Below are positions 1-10,595 of a stretch of 64,000 nt of DNA, in pieces. Source of the stretch: a virus; the IMG/VR virus record IMGVR_UViG_3300049617_000207, positions 32,015 through 96,014 of that record. One strand, written 5' to 3'. A program made the translations under genes and the position numbers. Position 1 is the first letter of the stretch. The number at the start of each line of letters is the position of its first letter. Below the pieces are notes generated by a model. The model made no database searches and was not told the DNA's origin. It saw only the letters and a list, made by a program, of their open reading frames with translations.

Positions 1-2
1 TT

Positions 3-416
3 GCCGTAACGGACCTCTGCAAGTCCTTTCAGGGCATCACAAATAGCAATCTCTCGTATCATTGCAAACAAATGGTGAAGCACGGCGTGCTCACCGTTCC
101 GAAGCCGGGCTTCTATCAGTTAAACGCCACGAAGCCAAAGTCCAGCGAACAAATACGAGCCGAAGTCGCAGCGCAACCCTCACGAGTCGTCCAATCGCAA
201 GAGTCCTTCCAGCACGGCAAAGAGAATGGCATAAAACCCGTCGACACCCTGTGGACGAAGTTGCTTACAAAGCAACTCGATTCGATTTTAGCCCGCATGG
301 ATAGCGAGCTTCCCGCGAAGGCGCTCTTCATGGTCGCGGATCGCGATGCCTTAACCGAGATGCTAAACCTCGCTATCTCGCGACGGCCGATGCTGCCAAA
401 CACCGTCGAGGTGTGA
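3..416 (+). CDS. winged-helix DNA-binding protein, 5' partial
   Basis: Frame is open from base 3 (AVTDLCKSFQGITNSNLSYHCKQMVKHGVL..GFYQL), an ArsR-like HTH plus wing pattern. Confidence 0.5.
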   Translation, partial: AVTDLCKSFQGITNSNLSYHCKQMVKHGVLTVPKPGFYQLNATKPKSSEQIRAEVAAQPSRVVQSQESFQHGKENGIKPVDTLWTKLLTKQLDSILARMDSELPAKALFMVADRDALTEMLNLAISRRPMLPNTVEV

Positions 417-576
417 TACAGGTTGGCGGCGAGTATGTTTGCGCCTGCGTGGTTCCCCTACCGCCGTATCATCGTCTCGCAGACGACGTGACCGCCGCCT
501 GCATGTGCGTGTGTCACCTGGGCGCCTGCGACTTCGCGCGGTGCGCAGCGCACGCGAAGACCAAGTCGTAAAACGC

Positions 577-614
577 GAGAGGCCGCCCGTCGCAAAACCG
601 GGCGGCCTCTCTTT
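577..614 (+). terminator. intrinsic terminator
   Basis: 13-bp inverted repeat GAGAGGCCGCCCG/CGGGCGGCCTCTC followed by TTT, between convergent genes. Confidence 0.7.
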
Positions 615-678
615 GATCGGTTCGCACTCTATCCGGGCCATAGTCACGTGGGATGCCTATGAGGATTTATTGCCTTCG

Positions 679-1002
679 TTATACGCCGTCGTAGCCCTTG
701 TCCGGCGGCTTGTCAGGATCGGCGCCGGGAATCATCCACGGCGGGAGCGGCTCCGCGCGAAACCCCTCGTCGAGCATGCCCTGCCGCGTGAGTTGCTCGC
801 GCCGGGCGAGGTGGTACTGATCCACGTAGGACAAGAGCGCCGCCTGATACTCCTTCGCGGCTTTTAGCTCGGCCTTCGCACCGTCGTACGCGCGCTCCGC
901 GCGGTCGCGCTCGCGGTTGGCCGCAAAGAGCTTCGCGAGCGCATCGTCGGGCGAGGCGATTTCGACGTTCGTGATTTGATACGGCGGGTTGTTTTGCGGC
1001 AA
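679..1002 (-). CDS. hypothetical coiled-coil protein
   Basis: 107-aa ORF, GGAGG upstream, phage-like codon use. Confidence 0.6.
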   Translation of the reverse strand: MPQNNPPYQITNVEIASPDDALAKLFAANRERDRAERAYDGAKAELKAAKEYQAALLSYVDQYHLARREQLTRQGMLDEGFRAEPLPPWMIPGADPDKPPDKGYDGV

Positions 1003-1017
1003 GGGCGCCTCCGTGCG

Positions 1018-1332
1018 TTACGCGCGAGTGAGCTTGGCGATGGCCTCGGGTGCGACGACCGCAACGCCCGCGGCGACCGCGCCGACGCCGCCCGTGGCAA
1101 CCACCGGCACCGTGTTCGTTGGGATGATCGCCGCGGTCGTGCCCGGCGCAGGCGTCGGGTTGAGGAGCGTCCGCACCAGGCCCGCGACTGAAGCAAGCGC
1201 CAGGCCGACCGCGACGATAAGCGCCGCGTGGCCGGGGAGGATGATCGCCACGGCGGCGCCGACGACGCCGAGCCCGCCACCGGCGACGTAGGTCACGATT
1301 GCGAGGAGGTCGGCCGGGTGGCGCGATGTCAT
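1018..1332 (-). CDS. small membrane protein (holin-like)
   Basis: Two to three hydrophobic helices starting at MTSRHPADLL. Confidence 0.55.
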   Translation of the reverse strand: MTSRHPADLLAIVTYVAGGGLGVVGAAVAIILPGHAALIVAVGLALASVAGLVRTLLNPTPAPGTTAAIIPTNTVPVVATGGVGAVAAGVAVVAPEAIAKLTRA

Positions 1333-1676
1333 CGGTGGTACTCGGCGACGCGCGCGCGGATCGCCTGCTAGAGTTCGCGCGGAGAACGTGCTAACATCGC
1401 GGCACTCGCCGGGCTCGCCTTCGCGACGCGCAGAGACCCTCACGGGTGAGTATGCCGAGGAGGCGGGGCGTACGACCGGCGGGAGCGACTTGGCAAGAGC
1501 CGTGAAAGCATCGAGGCCCCTGCAATGTGGGATCGCCTCGGACGCTCGGACGCCGCGCTGATCGGCGGTCGCGTGAGTCAGAGTGAAGCGAGGGGACGCT
1601 CTCGCGAAAGGCCGTGCGATACGACACGGAGAGCGCGCAGCGAGGCGGGGCGGGCGCGCACAAAAGGAGGCAAGCA

Positions 1677-1907
1677 TTGGGCTACGCGCTCACGCGCGAC
1701 CGGGTCGTCGCCAAGTGTCACATCGGGGAGGGCGCGCGCTGCTGCAAGTATCTCATGGCTGCGCTGCAAGGCTTCGAGTGCGCCGCGACCAACGTCACCG
1801 AGCGCGAGAGCATCGACGCGCGTGCCGCGAGCTTCACCGCCAAGAGCGGTCCCTGCGCGGACCCGAGCGACGCCACAAGCGAGGCGCGCGCGTACGAGCC
1901 GCCTTAG
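1677..1907 (+). CDS. hypothetical Cys-rich protein
   Basis: AAGGAGG ribosome-binding site before TTG at 1677. Confidence 0.55.
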   Translation: MGYALTRDRVVAKCHIGEGARCCKYLMAALQGFECAATNVTERESIDARAASFTAKSGPCADPSDATSEARAYEPP

Positions 1908-2126
1908 CCGTTCTTCACGGCGCACGACACGCAGCCGAACGTATCACCATCGCGCACCCATCCCAGGCTACCCGCTAACCGCTTCACCGCGTCTTGCGGG
2001 TCGACGTCGTCGGGCGGATCGCGCGCGAGCGCCCCGATGAGCGCGAGCGCGCATGCCGGACATGTGAGCGGGCGCTGCGCGGGCACGTAGAGCGCGCTCA
2101 ACGGAGCGAACGTGGGCGGGCGGGCC

Positions 2127-2330
2127 TTACGCGAAGCCGTTGCGGTGCCGGGCAAGTGCCGCGGCGTGCCATTCTTCGAGGATCGGATCGTAGACCGGCA
2201 GTTGCACGAGCGCCGGACGATAGCCCTGCGTGACGCCGACGACGAGCGCGGGCGGCACGTGTTCGGGCGCGGGATCGGGCGCGACGACAACGGCCGTCGT
2301 GGGCTGCGTGAGCTTCACTCCCTTCGCCAT
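2127..2330 (-). CDS. hypothetical protein
   Basis: ORF abuts the upstream gene. Confidence 0.5.
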   Translation of the reverse strand: MAKGVKLTQPTTAVVVAPDPAPEHVPPALVVGVTQGYRPALVQLPVYDPILEEWHAAALARHRNGFA

Positions 2331-2331
2331 G

Positions 2332-2940
2332 TTACGCGCCGCCTTTCATGACGTCGGGCTTTACGGTCGACGTCGCCGCCGCGGTCGCCGCCGGTGCCGG
2401 TCCACTCGCGAGGTACGGGCGGCCGGGCAGCGTGCGGTTTCCGGGCCGCACCTGGCCGCTCTGCGTATCGAACGTGACACCGGCGGAGGTGCCGGGGTGT
2501 CCGGCGGCAACCGCGATGGTGCCGCCGTCGCTCAAGGTTGGCGGCGCAGGCCGTCCGGCGAGCGCCGCGTCCGCGGCGGCGACCTTCCGTGCGCCTGCGC
2601 CAAAGAGGTACGCGCGCGCATGTGCGGCGGTCGAGATAACCGCCTGGGCGACGCGTTCGTAGACGGGGCCGCCCGCCTGCGGGACGATCCCCGACGGCAG
2701 CGTCGCGGGCTTGACGGCCTCGTCGGCGGCCTCGGGCTCTTCTTCTGCGGGTGCCGGAGCGGGCTCGGGCGGTGCCTGATCGGCGATGGCCTCGGTCGGC
2801 GTCGTTGCCGTGACGGGCGGCGGCGCATCGGGCGGGAACGTGCCCCCGTGCGCTTCCACCTCTGCGCGAGCCGCGGCCTCGGCGTCCGTGTGGGCCTGCG
2901 CGGCGCGCTCGGCTTCGAGCGCCTGCTGTTCCTGTTCCAT
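2332..2940 (-). CDS. hypothetical Ala/Pro/Glu-rich protein
   Basis: AAGGAGG RBS, 202 aa. Confidence 0.65.
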   Translation of the reverse strand: MEQEQQALEAERAAQAHTDAEAAARAEVEAHGGTFPPDAPPPVTATTPTEAIADQAPPEPAPAPAEEEPEAADEAVKPATLPSGIVPQAGGPVYERVAQAVISTAAHARAYLFGAGARKVAAADAALAGRPAPPTLSDGGTIAVAAGHPGTSAGVTFDTQSGQVRPGNRTLPGRPYLASGPAPAATAAATSTVKPDVMKGGA

Positions 2941-2981
2941 GTCGCCTCCTTGCGTTTACGATCCGAGTGCGCGCGCCGTCC

Positions 2982-3221
2982 TCATTGCACCTGCTTGACT
3001 AAGGCGTACTGTGCGAGCACCTCGAAGTGATGGGACTGCGTCTCGTGGCGCCGCAGCCACCCGAGATGCGACGCGCACGTGAAGCGCGCGCCGCACTCCT
3101 GGCAGAGCACGACGGCTACCGGATACTCGTGACACGTCGCGTAAAAGCACGCGTAGTCGACGCCGCGGTGCATCGTGACGTCGCCGGTCATACGCGTCGT
3201 CTTTTCCTCGCTCGACCTCAT
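2982..3221 (-). CDS. hypothetical zinc-finger protein
   Basis: CxxxxC, CxxC, CxxH motifs; ATGA overlap with terL. Confidence 0.55.
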   Translation of the reverse strand: MRSSEEKTTRMTGDVTMHRGVDYACFYATCHEYPVAVVLCQECGARFTCASHLGWLRRHETQSHHFEVLAQYALVKQVQ

Positions 3222-4771
3222 ACGTCAAGCATACCCCGAAAGAGCCGCACGAGTAGGTAGCGTCCGGCATCCATCGCGTGATCGTCGCTCTTGACCGGCC
3301 GCTCGTCGATATTCTTATCGTCTTTCTCGTCGGGGTGGTGGTACTTCTTTATCTCGCGGATCGTGTTGACGCACCTGCGCGCGATATACAGAATGGGCCG
3401 CCTGCGTCCCATTGGCTTGAGCGCCCACCGCACGACCGAGATACCGCCGACCACGTTGGGGAGGTTATTGATGAGCGCATGCTTATTCGCGGGCTCCGTC
3501 TGCACGCCGAGCGCCGCGAGCGTGGCCGCGTCACCGGCGTCGTGATCGGCCACGCGCCACGCCGTGTTCGTGAACCAGGGCTCGGCGATGATCGAGCGGG
3601 CGAAGACGTCGGCCGTGCGGCCCGAGGCGTAGTCCTCGGCAAAGATGATGACGTCGTCGCTCGGGGTCGGCTGCGCGTAGAGCGCGACGCACGGATTCGT
3701 GTAGCCGAAGTCGATGCCCGAGACCACGGGGAAGGCCGGGTTGTAGTCGTAGTCGACGACGTGGAGCTTCTCGTCGAACATCGGATAGGCGAGGCCCTTC
3801 GTGTCGGGCCGCAGCGAGAGCCATTGCGAATTCCACACGGACTCGTCCATGCGGAGATACTTGTGAATGACGTCGTCAATGGGCATCCACCCGTGCGAGC
3901 GCGACGCGCGGCCGGGGCCGGGCACGTAATGCTCGACGCCGTTCACGTCGGTCGTTTTCGCGCGGCACGTGGCTTCAAGTTGGCATGATCCGCAACCCGT
4001 GGGCGCGCCGTCCTGGTGACGCTCCGGCGGGCAGTTCTCAATAATTTCCCACACGCACCAAAAGTAGCGGCGCAAGTCACTCGCTTCTTCGAGTAACTGC
4101 TCCATCGGGCCGTACGCCTTCTTGCGGCTCGACGTGTAGATCGTCGCGGGCGGGTTGCCATTCGTGCGCACCGGCATGCTCAGACCTTCTTGAATTATCG
4201 TCCAGGATGTTAGCTCGATTTCGTCCCAATGCGCGCGCTCGGGATGCGGCGAGTTCACGCGGTTCATCGTTGCGGGCATAATCTCGACTTCACCGCCGTT
4301 GCGTAGCGTCGTCTTCGAGATGAGCGACTCGCCCCGCACATCGTTACGGAATTCCGGCAGCGCAAGAAAGCCCGTGATGTATTTGTAGCACTTCTTCGCC
4401 TGCTCTTCGATGGCGCCGATGTTGGCGATGGTCGTGCCGAAGTGCTTCATCATGAGATGATCGAGCAGCGCGAATTGCACGGTTTTGCCGCCCGTTCGCG
4501 GGCCAACCCATATCGCATCGAGCACGACGCGAAAGAACGCATCGGCCAGCGCATCGAACGGGGAGCAATGCCCGTCGCACACGGCCACGCGTGGGATCGT
4601 GTAGCCGTAGTGCTCTTGGATGTAGAGGTGCAGGTCGTCGCGGTCCTGCGGCGGGAGCGCGGCGGAGAGGACCGCGTACGATTCGGCAAGGGCTTTGACG
4701 TATTCGATTTCGTCATCCGTGACCACCAGGGCGGCTCCTTTTACGGTTCGAGTTCGTCCGCGTTGACCCAC
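3218..4771 (-). CDS. terL: terminase large subunit
   Basis: Walker A GPRTGGKT, Walker B WDEIE, nuclease motifs GIDFGYTNP and DDHAMDAGRY; start uncertain. Confidence 0.92.
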   Translation of the reverse strand: MGQRGRTRTVKGAALVVTDDEIEYVKALAESYAVLSAALPPQDRDDLHLYIQEHYGYTIPRVAVCDGHCSPFDALADAFFRVVLDAIWVGPRTGGKTVQFALLDHLMMKHFGTTIANIGAIEEQAKKCYKYITGFLALPEFRNDVRGESLISKTTLRNGGEVEIMPATMNRVNSPHPERAHWDEIELTSWTIIQEGLSMPVRTNGNPPATIYTSSRKKAYGPMEQLLEEASDLRRYFWCVWEIIENCPPERHQDGAPTGCGSCQLEATCRAKTTDVNGVEHYVPGPGRASRSHGWMPIDDVIHKYLRMDESVWNSQWLSLRPDTKGLAYPMFDEKLHVVDYDYNPAFPVVSGIDFGYTNPCVALYAQPTPSDDVIIFAEDYASGRTADVFARSIIAEPWFTNTAWRVADHDAGDAATLAALGVQTEPANKHALINNLPNVVGGISVVRWALKPMGRRRPILYIARRCVNTIREIKKYHHPDEKDDKNIDERPVKSDDHAMDAGRYLLVRLFRGMLDV

Positions 4772-5049
4772 CCGCTCACGCCGCGGGTTCGCCCGGCGAG
4801 TGACCGCACGCGCACGAAGCGGCCTTTACATTCAAGCGTGACGACCTGCCTATCGTTATCCGCCACCCTCGCGCGCCGCAGGATTTGCGATGGGCTCGGC
4901 CACTCACCCGCATCGTATTCTTCGAGGTTCTCCTGCGAGTTCCAGATAAGCACGTACGGCGCGCTATGTGACATGCCTGAAATATGCGCGGGTGCGCCGA
5001 CCGCGCATGCAAGAACGGTCGCGACGATCATTGGCTTTTCTCCTTGCAT
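4741..5049 (-). CDS. hypothetical exported protein
   Basis: Signal-like N-terminus, SH3-like C-terminal GWV. Confidence 0.45.
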   Translation of the reverse strand: MQGEKPMIVATVLACAVGAPAHISGMSHSAPYVLIWNSQENLEEYDAGEWPSPSQILRRARVADNDRQVVTLECKGRFVRVRSLAGRTRGVSGWVNADELEP

Positions 5050-5444
5050 GAGTTGGAGCCGAGTGCGTCGAGGTCATGGAAGAGTGTATCGAACGCATAG
5101 AGGCGCGCCTGGTTAAACGCCGGGGTCTCTTTTTGCTGCAGTTGGTCCGCGATAGCTTGGTTGGCCTCAAACTTATGCACGGCGGAAACGAATTTCGACG
5201 TGTAGGCGCATTGCACCGCGCGTTGCGCTGCGGCTTGCGCCGCGCGGTTGACGATTTCGTCGTGCGCGGCGTTGACCACGAATTGCGTGCGGATACTCTC
5301 GTACCCGAGCGTCGCAATCATGATGAGCCCGACCACAACGGTCATGAGCATGAAGCGATTGAGTTTATCGTTAGTGAGCGTGTGAATGTGCTCGTTGCTT
5401 TTCTCGATGGAAATTTCCTCGTGACCGTCGACAAGTGGCATCAT
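5028..5444 (-). CDS. single-pass membrane coiled-coil protein
   Basis: TM helix FMLMTVVVGLIMIATLGY followed by a helical domain. Confidence 0.6.
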   Translation of the reverse strand: MMPLVDGHEEISIEKSNEHIHTLTNDKLNRFMLMTVVVGLIMIATLGYESIRTQFVVNAAHDEIVNRAAQAAAQRAVQCAYTSKFVSAVHKFEANQAIADQLQQKETPAFNQARLYAFDTLFHDLDALGSNSCKEKSQ

Positions 5445-5929
5445 GTCTTCTTCTTCCGTGCAAATGAATTCGCCAGCGTTTGAAAAAATGTCAAATTTTG
5501 CAAGTCGCGCAGTTCGTCTTTGACCGAGGTGAGTTCGCGAAGAAGCTCCACGTTTGCACGCAGAGCTTCCGTGTTCGTGGTCTGCAGGTCGCCGATTTGC
5601 GCAATGAGCGTACTCATACGGCCGTCGACCAGGCCATGCACCTCGTCGATTTTCTCGCCGTTGGCATCGGTGCCGTCCTTAATCGCCGCGGCGTCGTTCT
5701 TGAATTGGCGCAGGGGCGTGACGATAAGGAGCGTGACCATCGCGCCGAGCGCGGGCGTGAGGATGGAGGCGAGTACGCCGATGATCGAGACCGTCAGGCC
5801 GTCGCCGTACTTGAGCGCCAGCAGCGCGCACACGGCGAATACCGTGGAGACCGAAAGGATCGGGACGACGACTTGCCATTGCTTCGGGTGCAGCGCCGCA
5901 TTAGCGAGCGTCGGTTTCATAAGAGCCAC
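5441..5929 (-). CDS. membrane protein with C-terminal coiled coil
   Basis: Two TM helices plus heptad pattern. Confidence 0.65.
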   Translation of the reverse strand: MALMKPTLANAALHPKQWQVVVPILSVSTVFAVCALLALKYGDGLTVSIIGVLASILTPALGAMVTLLIVTPLRQFKNDAAAIKDGTDANGEKIDEVHGLVDGRMSTLIAQIGDLQTTNTEALRANVELLRELTSVKDELRDLQNLTFFQTLANSFARKKKT

Positions 5930-5985
5930 CTTCCTTGGTGCATACTGCTTCTTCGTACGTGTAGCAGGAGTGACCCGCTAGAGTT

Positions 5986-7032
5986 TTAGTTCACCCGGCG
6001 CAGGTCGGCGGGTGCGGGGTCGCTCGCGGGCTCGATGATGTGCTGCCCCGGCTCGGGCCGCTCGACGTCGCGGATCGCCTCGAAGAGCATCTCGGCGCCT
6101 GGGCTCTCGCGCGCAAGCTCACGCGCGCTCCACCCGCATCGCGCGCAGACCATCGTGCTCGGCGCAAAGTCGTGCTCGGCCCCGGAGCACCGGCGCGCGG
6201 GTTTACTCGTGTATTGCTCGCGAAATTCCGCCTTCGTGACCGGCGGCGCCTCGACGTCGATGATCGGCCCGGTGCGCCGCTTGGGTGGCGCCGGTAGCTC
6301 GGGGCGGGGCACGTAGTCGTGTGGGATCGCGCGCACGGCCGCGATGCGCTCGGGCGTCACGATGCCGGGAGCGCCTGCGCAGTAGCGCCGGACGCGCGTG
6401 TTGAGGCCGTCGTCGTCCTCGCCGGGGTTACGCGTGAGGCCGTAGACGGCCGCGACCTTATCGGCGCGGGTGGGCGCCGCGGGCGCGAGTAGCTCGCCGA
6501 CGAGCACCGTCTGCACCGGCCGAGGCGGCTCGGCGAGCGGCGCGAGTACGTTGAAGCCTTCTTCTTCCACCGTGTCGACGAGCCCGCGGAACGGATCGGG
6601 CGGCATCGGCAGCGCGATGTGCTCGACGCCGGGGATCGCCGACGCCGCCTCGGCCATCGCGCGCCCGTAGGCGGAGTCGGGCGAGTAGCCGTGCCGGTCC
6701 ATAAGTTCGAGCATGCGGCTCGCGGTGTTACGCGGCACGCCGCCCGCTATCAGTCGCGCGAGCGTGCCGTTGTGCTCGTCGGCCGCCGCCTGGCTCGTTA
6801 CGAACGCCTCGCGCGCGAAGCTCTTGAAACGCTGGCTCGGCTCGTCGATTGGCGCCGCGGCCGGGCCGACCGTGCGCATCTCGTTGCCGGTCTCGACCGC
6901 GGCCTCTTGCATCGTGCGCTTGCACTTCGTACAGGGCGCCCGGCCGCTACCGAAGTCGTGTGTTCCGCGGGGGCATAGCGGCCTTGTATGCAGCGAACGT
7001 GGGTCGGGGCGGCGGGGCGAGAGGTTGTCCAT
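5986..7032 (-). CDS. hypothetical protein with two C-x4-HDF...CxxC modules
   Basis: CPRGTHDF..CTKC at the N-terminus and CSGAEHDF..CARCG near the C-terminus. Confidence 0.65.
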   Translation of the reverse strand: MDNLSPRRPDPRSLHTRPLCPRGTHDFGSGRAPCTKCKRTMQEAAVETGNEMRTVGPAAAPIDEPSQRFKSFAREAFVTSQAAADEHNGTLARLIAGGVPRNTASRMLELMDRHGYSPDSAYGRAMAEAASAIPGVEHIALPMPPDPFRGLVDTVEEEGFNVLAPLAEPPRPVQTVLVGELLAPAAPTRADKVAAVYGLTRNPGEDDDGLNTRVRRYCAGAPGIVTPERIAAVRAIPHDYVPRPELPAPPKRRTGPIIDVEAPPVTKAEFREQYTSKPARRCSGAEHDFAPSTMVCARCGWSARELARESPGAEMLFEAIRDVERPEPGQHIIEPASDPAPADLRRVN

Positions 7033-7273
7033 CGGGGTCCTCGATGCTCGGATCGTAGAAGATGATCGTCGGGCGGGGCTCGGCGCGGAAGATCATCTTA
7101 CGCGGCGCCTCGCCGGTGAGCCCCTTCTTCACCCGCTCACTCATCGCGCCGCGCGTCCCCGCGGATCGGCCACTCGGCGGAGCCGTAGCGCGGCGTACCT
7201 CGCTCCACTCTCTCCGCCAGGCGCGCCAATAGGTAGCCTAGCGAGAACGCGAGCATCATGCGCTCGAAGTCGT

Positions 7274-7672
7274 TCATACGTTACGCGGCTCGTCGAGCGC
7301 CGCGGTCGTCGCGCAGATTGGCTTGCCGGGGCCGTGGTCGTGGCCGCTCGCGCACGCTTCGGTCTGGAAGCGTTCGCCGTCGGTGCAGCACTCCGTGCAA
7401 ATGTCGTACTCGTGCAGGCACGTGAGACCGATGTCGTCGATGCCCTTGACCTCGCCGCCTGCCTCGGTGTGACCGTGGCCGCACTCGCCATAGACGCCCC
7501 AGGGCCGATGAATTCGGCGGATGCGCAAGAGGGCGGCTTTCGCAAGCGCAAGGTCGGCCGCGATGATGTCGAGCAGCGACCTGTCGAGCACCTCTCCCGG
7601 CGGCACGACGGTCTGCCCGGCCTGCGGCACGACGGTCTGCCCGGCAACGGAAAGGTCGCCGTCGTTTACCAA
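7274..7672 (-). CDS. hypothetical Cys/His-rich protein
   Basis: Multiple Cys/His; internal 24-bp tandem duplication. Confidence 0.55.
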   Translation of the reverse strand: MVNDGDLSVAGQTVVPQAGQTVVPPGEVLDRSLLDIIAADLALAKAALLRIRRIHRPWGVYGECGHGHTEAGGEVKGIDDIGLTCLHEYDICTECCTDGERFQTEACASGHDHGPGKPICATTAALDEPRNV

Positions 7673-7786
7673 AGCGGCACGCAGTCCGTGCAGTAGTACG
7701 GGTCGCGTTTGAAGTCCGGGGCATCGCGGCGCACGTCGTACTCACGACCGCAGTAGCGGCACCGGATCGAGACCACCGGCGGCAGA

Positions 7787-8125
7787 CTAGTTGCCACCGC
7801 AGCAGCCCCCACGCTCGTGCAGGTGAACGTGGACGACCATGTGATCGAGCCCGCGACGCAGGCCGCCAAGTTCACGGCGCTCGGCGCTCGCCTGGCGCAC
7901 TAAGTCGCCCAGGCGGCGCGTTGCGGCGTCAAGATGCCGGTCGACCGCGTCGAGGTGCGCCGTCTCGGCATCGAGCGATGCGCGCACGTCGCGCAGGTCA
8001 CTCGATGAGCGGGCAATCGCGTTACGCTGCGAGTCGATAGCGATGATCGCAAGTATAATGATCGCCGCCGCGACCACGAGGTAGACGACGAGCGAGATGA
8101 GATTCGCAACGCCCTTGGTGCTCAT
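7787..8125 (-). CDS. membrane-anchored coiled-coil protein
   Basis: N-terminal TM helix, heptad repeats. Confidence 0.6.
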   Translation of the reverse strand: MSTKGVANLISLVVYLVVAAAIIILAIIAIDSQRNAIARSSSDLRDVRASLDAETAHLDAVDRHLDAATRRLGDLVRQASAERRELGGLRRGLDHMVVHVHLHERGGCCGGN

Positions 8126-8388
8126 GGGTTGAGCCTTTCTTGGATGGCCTCGGCGCGCCGGTACTCTCCGCGCGCGGTCTTGCGCTGCCGCTTGACGTCG
8201 ACCGGCTTGCCGGACTCGGCCATCACGCGCTCGTAGCGTACGACGTCAAGGCACGTCGGCCCGTAGCCCGCTCGGCGCCACTTCACATTAACGAGCTTGC
8301 GATTGCAGCGCAAGCACGTGGGATGGTCGGCGTTCGGTACGGGCGGGAAGCCGCTCGTGTCGTGCTTGATCCGGTGTTTCTTAGGCAA
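8122..8388 (-). CDS. DUF6011-like zinc-finger protein
   Basis: CxxCxRxL...GYGPxC motif. Confidence 0.6.
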   Translation of the reverse strand: MPKKHRIKHDTSGFPPVPNADHPTCLRCNRKLVNVKWRRAGYGPTCLDVVRYERVMAESGKPVDVKRQRKTARGEYRRAEAIQERLNP

Positions 8389-9884
8389 CGTAGCCTCGCT
8401 CTGCCGCCGCGCGCGCGCAGCGTGCGGTTGCGGTCGCGGCCGAGTCGGGCTCGCGCTCGACGAGGATCGCGGACACGCCTTCGGCTGCCGCTGCGACGCC
8501 GGTCGTGCCGGAACCCGCGAAGCAATCGAGGAGCAGGCCGCCCGGCGGGCACACGAGCCGGATGAGGTATTGCATGAGCGCGACCGGCTTCACGGTCGGG
8601 TGCGCGTTCTTCTCGGGCTTCTCGCTCGGGTTGGCGTCGAAGAGCGAGAGCGTCCGCAGCGCGTCTTGTTTCTCGGCGCTGCTCGGCTTGGCGACGTAGA
8701 AGAATCGCGACGCGCCGCCGCGGTCGTCATACCCGCGAGCGTTATCTTCCTTTCGGTTCTTGGAAAGCCAATCACCGCCGTCTTTTCCGTTCCGCAAATA
8801 ACTCCGCGCCGACTCGCTCTCGCCGCTCTGCGCGTCGAGTTCGGCGACGCTGCAGCCGGGGACGCACTCCCACACCTCCTGCGTTTCGTCGCCGTAGAGC
8901 TTCCCGTTCGGAGCGCCGTCGCCGTTCTCGGCGCCGACGTTGAGAAACCCGCCCGGCGCGCTTTCCGCCTTCGCGCGGGTCGCCCTTCACGATGCGTTCG
9001 CCGACGCGCGCGCAGATCGGGTGATGCGAGAGGACCACGTTCGCAGGCCAGCGCCCACCGGCGGCCTGCTCAAAAGCCGGTAAGTCGGGATGCGCTCGAT
9101 GCCCCGCTGCGAAGTGACCGCCGCGTATGTCGTTGCGCACCGTCGAGCCCTGCAGCGCCTCGCCTTCGGTGCCAATCCGACACGCGTCGATGTTAAGGGC
9201 GCCCGTGCCGTACTTGAGCACGTTGGCCGCGACGCTCTTTTCCGCGAGCGGCTTGCGAACGACGATCCAATGCTCGGAGGCGGGCTTGAGCGCCGTGCCC
9301 CACCCATTCCACTTCTTCGCCGCGTCGGACTTCGCTTCGTACGCGGGCAATAGCTCGCCGGGCGGAAGCGGCGTCCCATCGGGACGCACTTTTGATGCCG
9401 TCGAAATCGCATGCCCGCGTGGGCCTGTCCCCAAGAGTTTGCGGTCGATAGCCGCGGAGACGTTATGTGATTTCGGGAAACCCTGCCCAAACAAATGAAC
9501 GACGCAGTCCCTTACCTCGAAGCCCGCATCCTCTAACGCCGTCGCGGTCCAATGCGACGTGCGCGGCAGCGCCCACACGACCCCGTGCGCGCCGGGCTTG
9601 AGCACCCGCAAACACTCGGCGAAGATCGGCGTGAGGGAGGCGATAAACTTCTCGCGATTCCCTATGTCGCGCGTGCCATTCGTGCCATAACGCGTCGTCG
9701 CGCGACGAGCATACGGGGAGTCAAATGCGCCCCACGATTCCGCAGAGGGGTCATCCCAATTTTTGCCCATGAACGCGATACCTGCGGGCGGATCGGTCAC
9801 GAGCGCGTCGACGGAGTCCTCGGCCATGTCGTGCAGCGCGTCGAGCGCGTCGGCGCACAGGACCCGCACGTACGCCTCACCCAT
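8381..9884 (-). CDS. N4/N6 DNA methyltransferase (beta class), split by a frameshift near 8950
   Basis: VTDPPA catalytic motif in ORF 8772-9884; HPTVKP and LDCFAGSGTTG in ORF 8381-8875; one extra base separates the two frames. Confidence 0.85.
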
Positions 9885-10595
9885 ACAGGCGCAGCCCCGC
9901 GGGATGCGTGCCGTGCTGCCGGATTTGATCGAGCGCGGCGTGCGCGACGTGTAGCGCCACCTCGGCCACGGGCGTCCGCGAGCCGCCTGGCAGGATGATG
10001 ACGAAGACGCCGAGCTTCTGCAGTTGCACGCGCGGATCGAGCGCGATGCGGTTGCGCTTCACAGGTCGCCGTCGCCATGCCGGATCGTGATGTTGGCGGA
10101 GGTGGCGATTGCGACGGCAACGATGGCGACGGCGGCCAGCAGGTAGAGCACGACCTTCATCGCGCGTAAATCCCACGGCTTACATCGAAGATTTCGCGCA
10201 CGGCTCCGCCCGCGTCGAGCGCCTCTACGCGTACCGCCCACGGTTGCCGCTCTAGCGAAGCCAAGGTGCGCGCGGTTAGCTTCGGTACAAAGCCCGCAAT
10301 CCATGACGGCATCCCCGGCTGACTCCAGATAACCCGCCACCCGCCGCCGTAACTCGCGAAGGGCGCGTCGTCGTCGACGACCGCGGTCTCGACGGCAGGC
10401 AGCGCGATAGCGAGCGGGGCGGCCAGCAGCGCGCCGAACCGAGCAAAGAACGATCCGCGCTTCATCGCGCGAGGTCCTCGGCGGCGGCGCCGCACCGTTG
10501 ACAGTAGAGCATGAGGTCGAGCCGGTGCTCGCAGCCCGCGCTCGGCGCCACGCGTTCGATAGCCGCTCGCGCGCGCTGTAGGATACGCTCGGACG

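Noticed and set aside
7601-7645. 24-bp-period tandem duplication, and a similar 18-bp one near 28025-28058
   Set aside because: Two-copy in-frame slippage events with no further structure.
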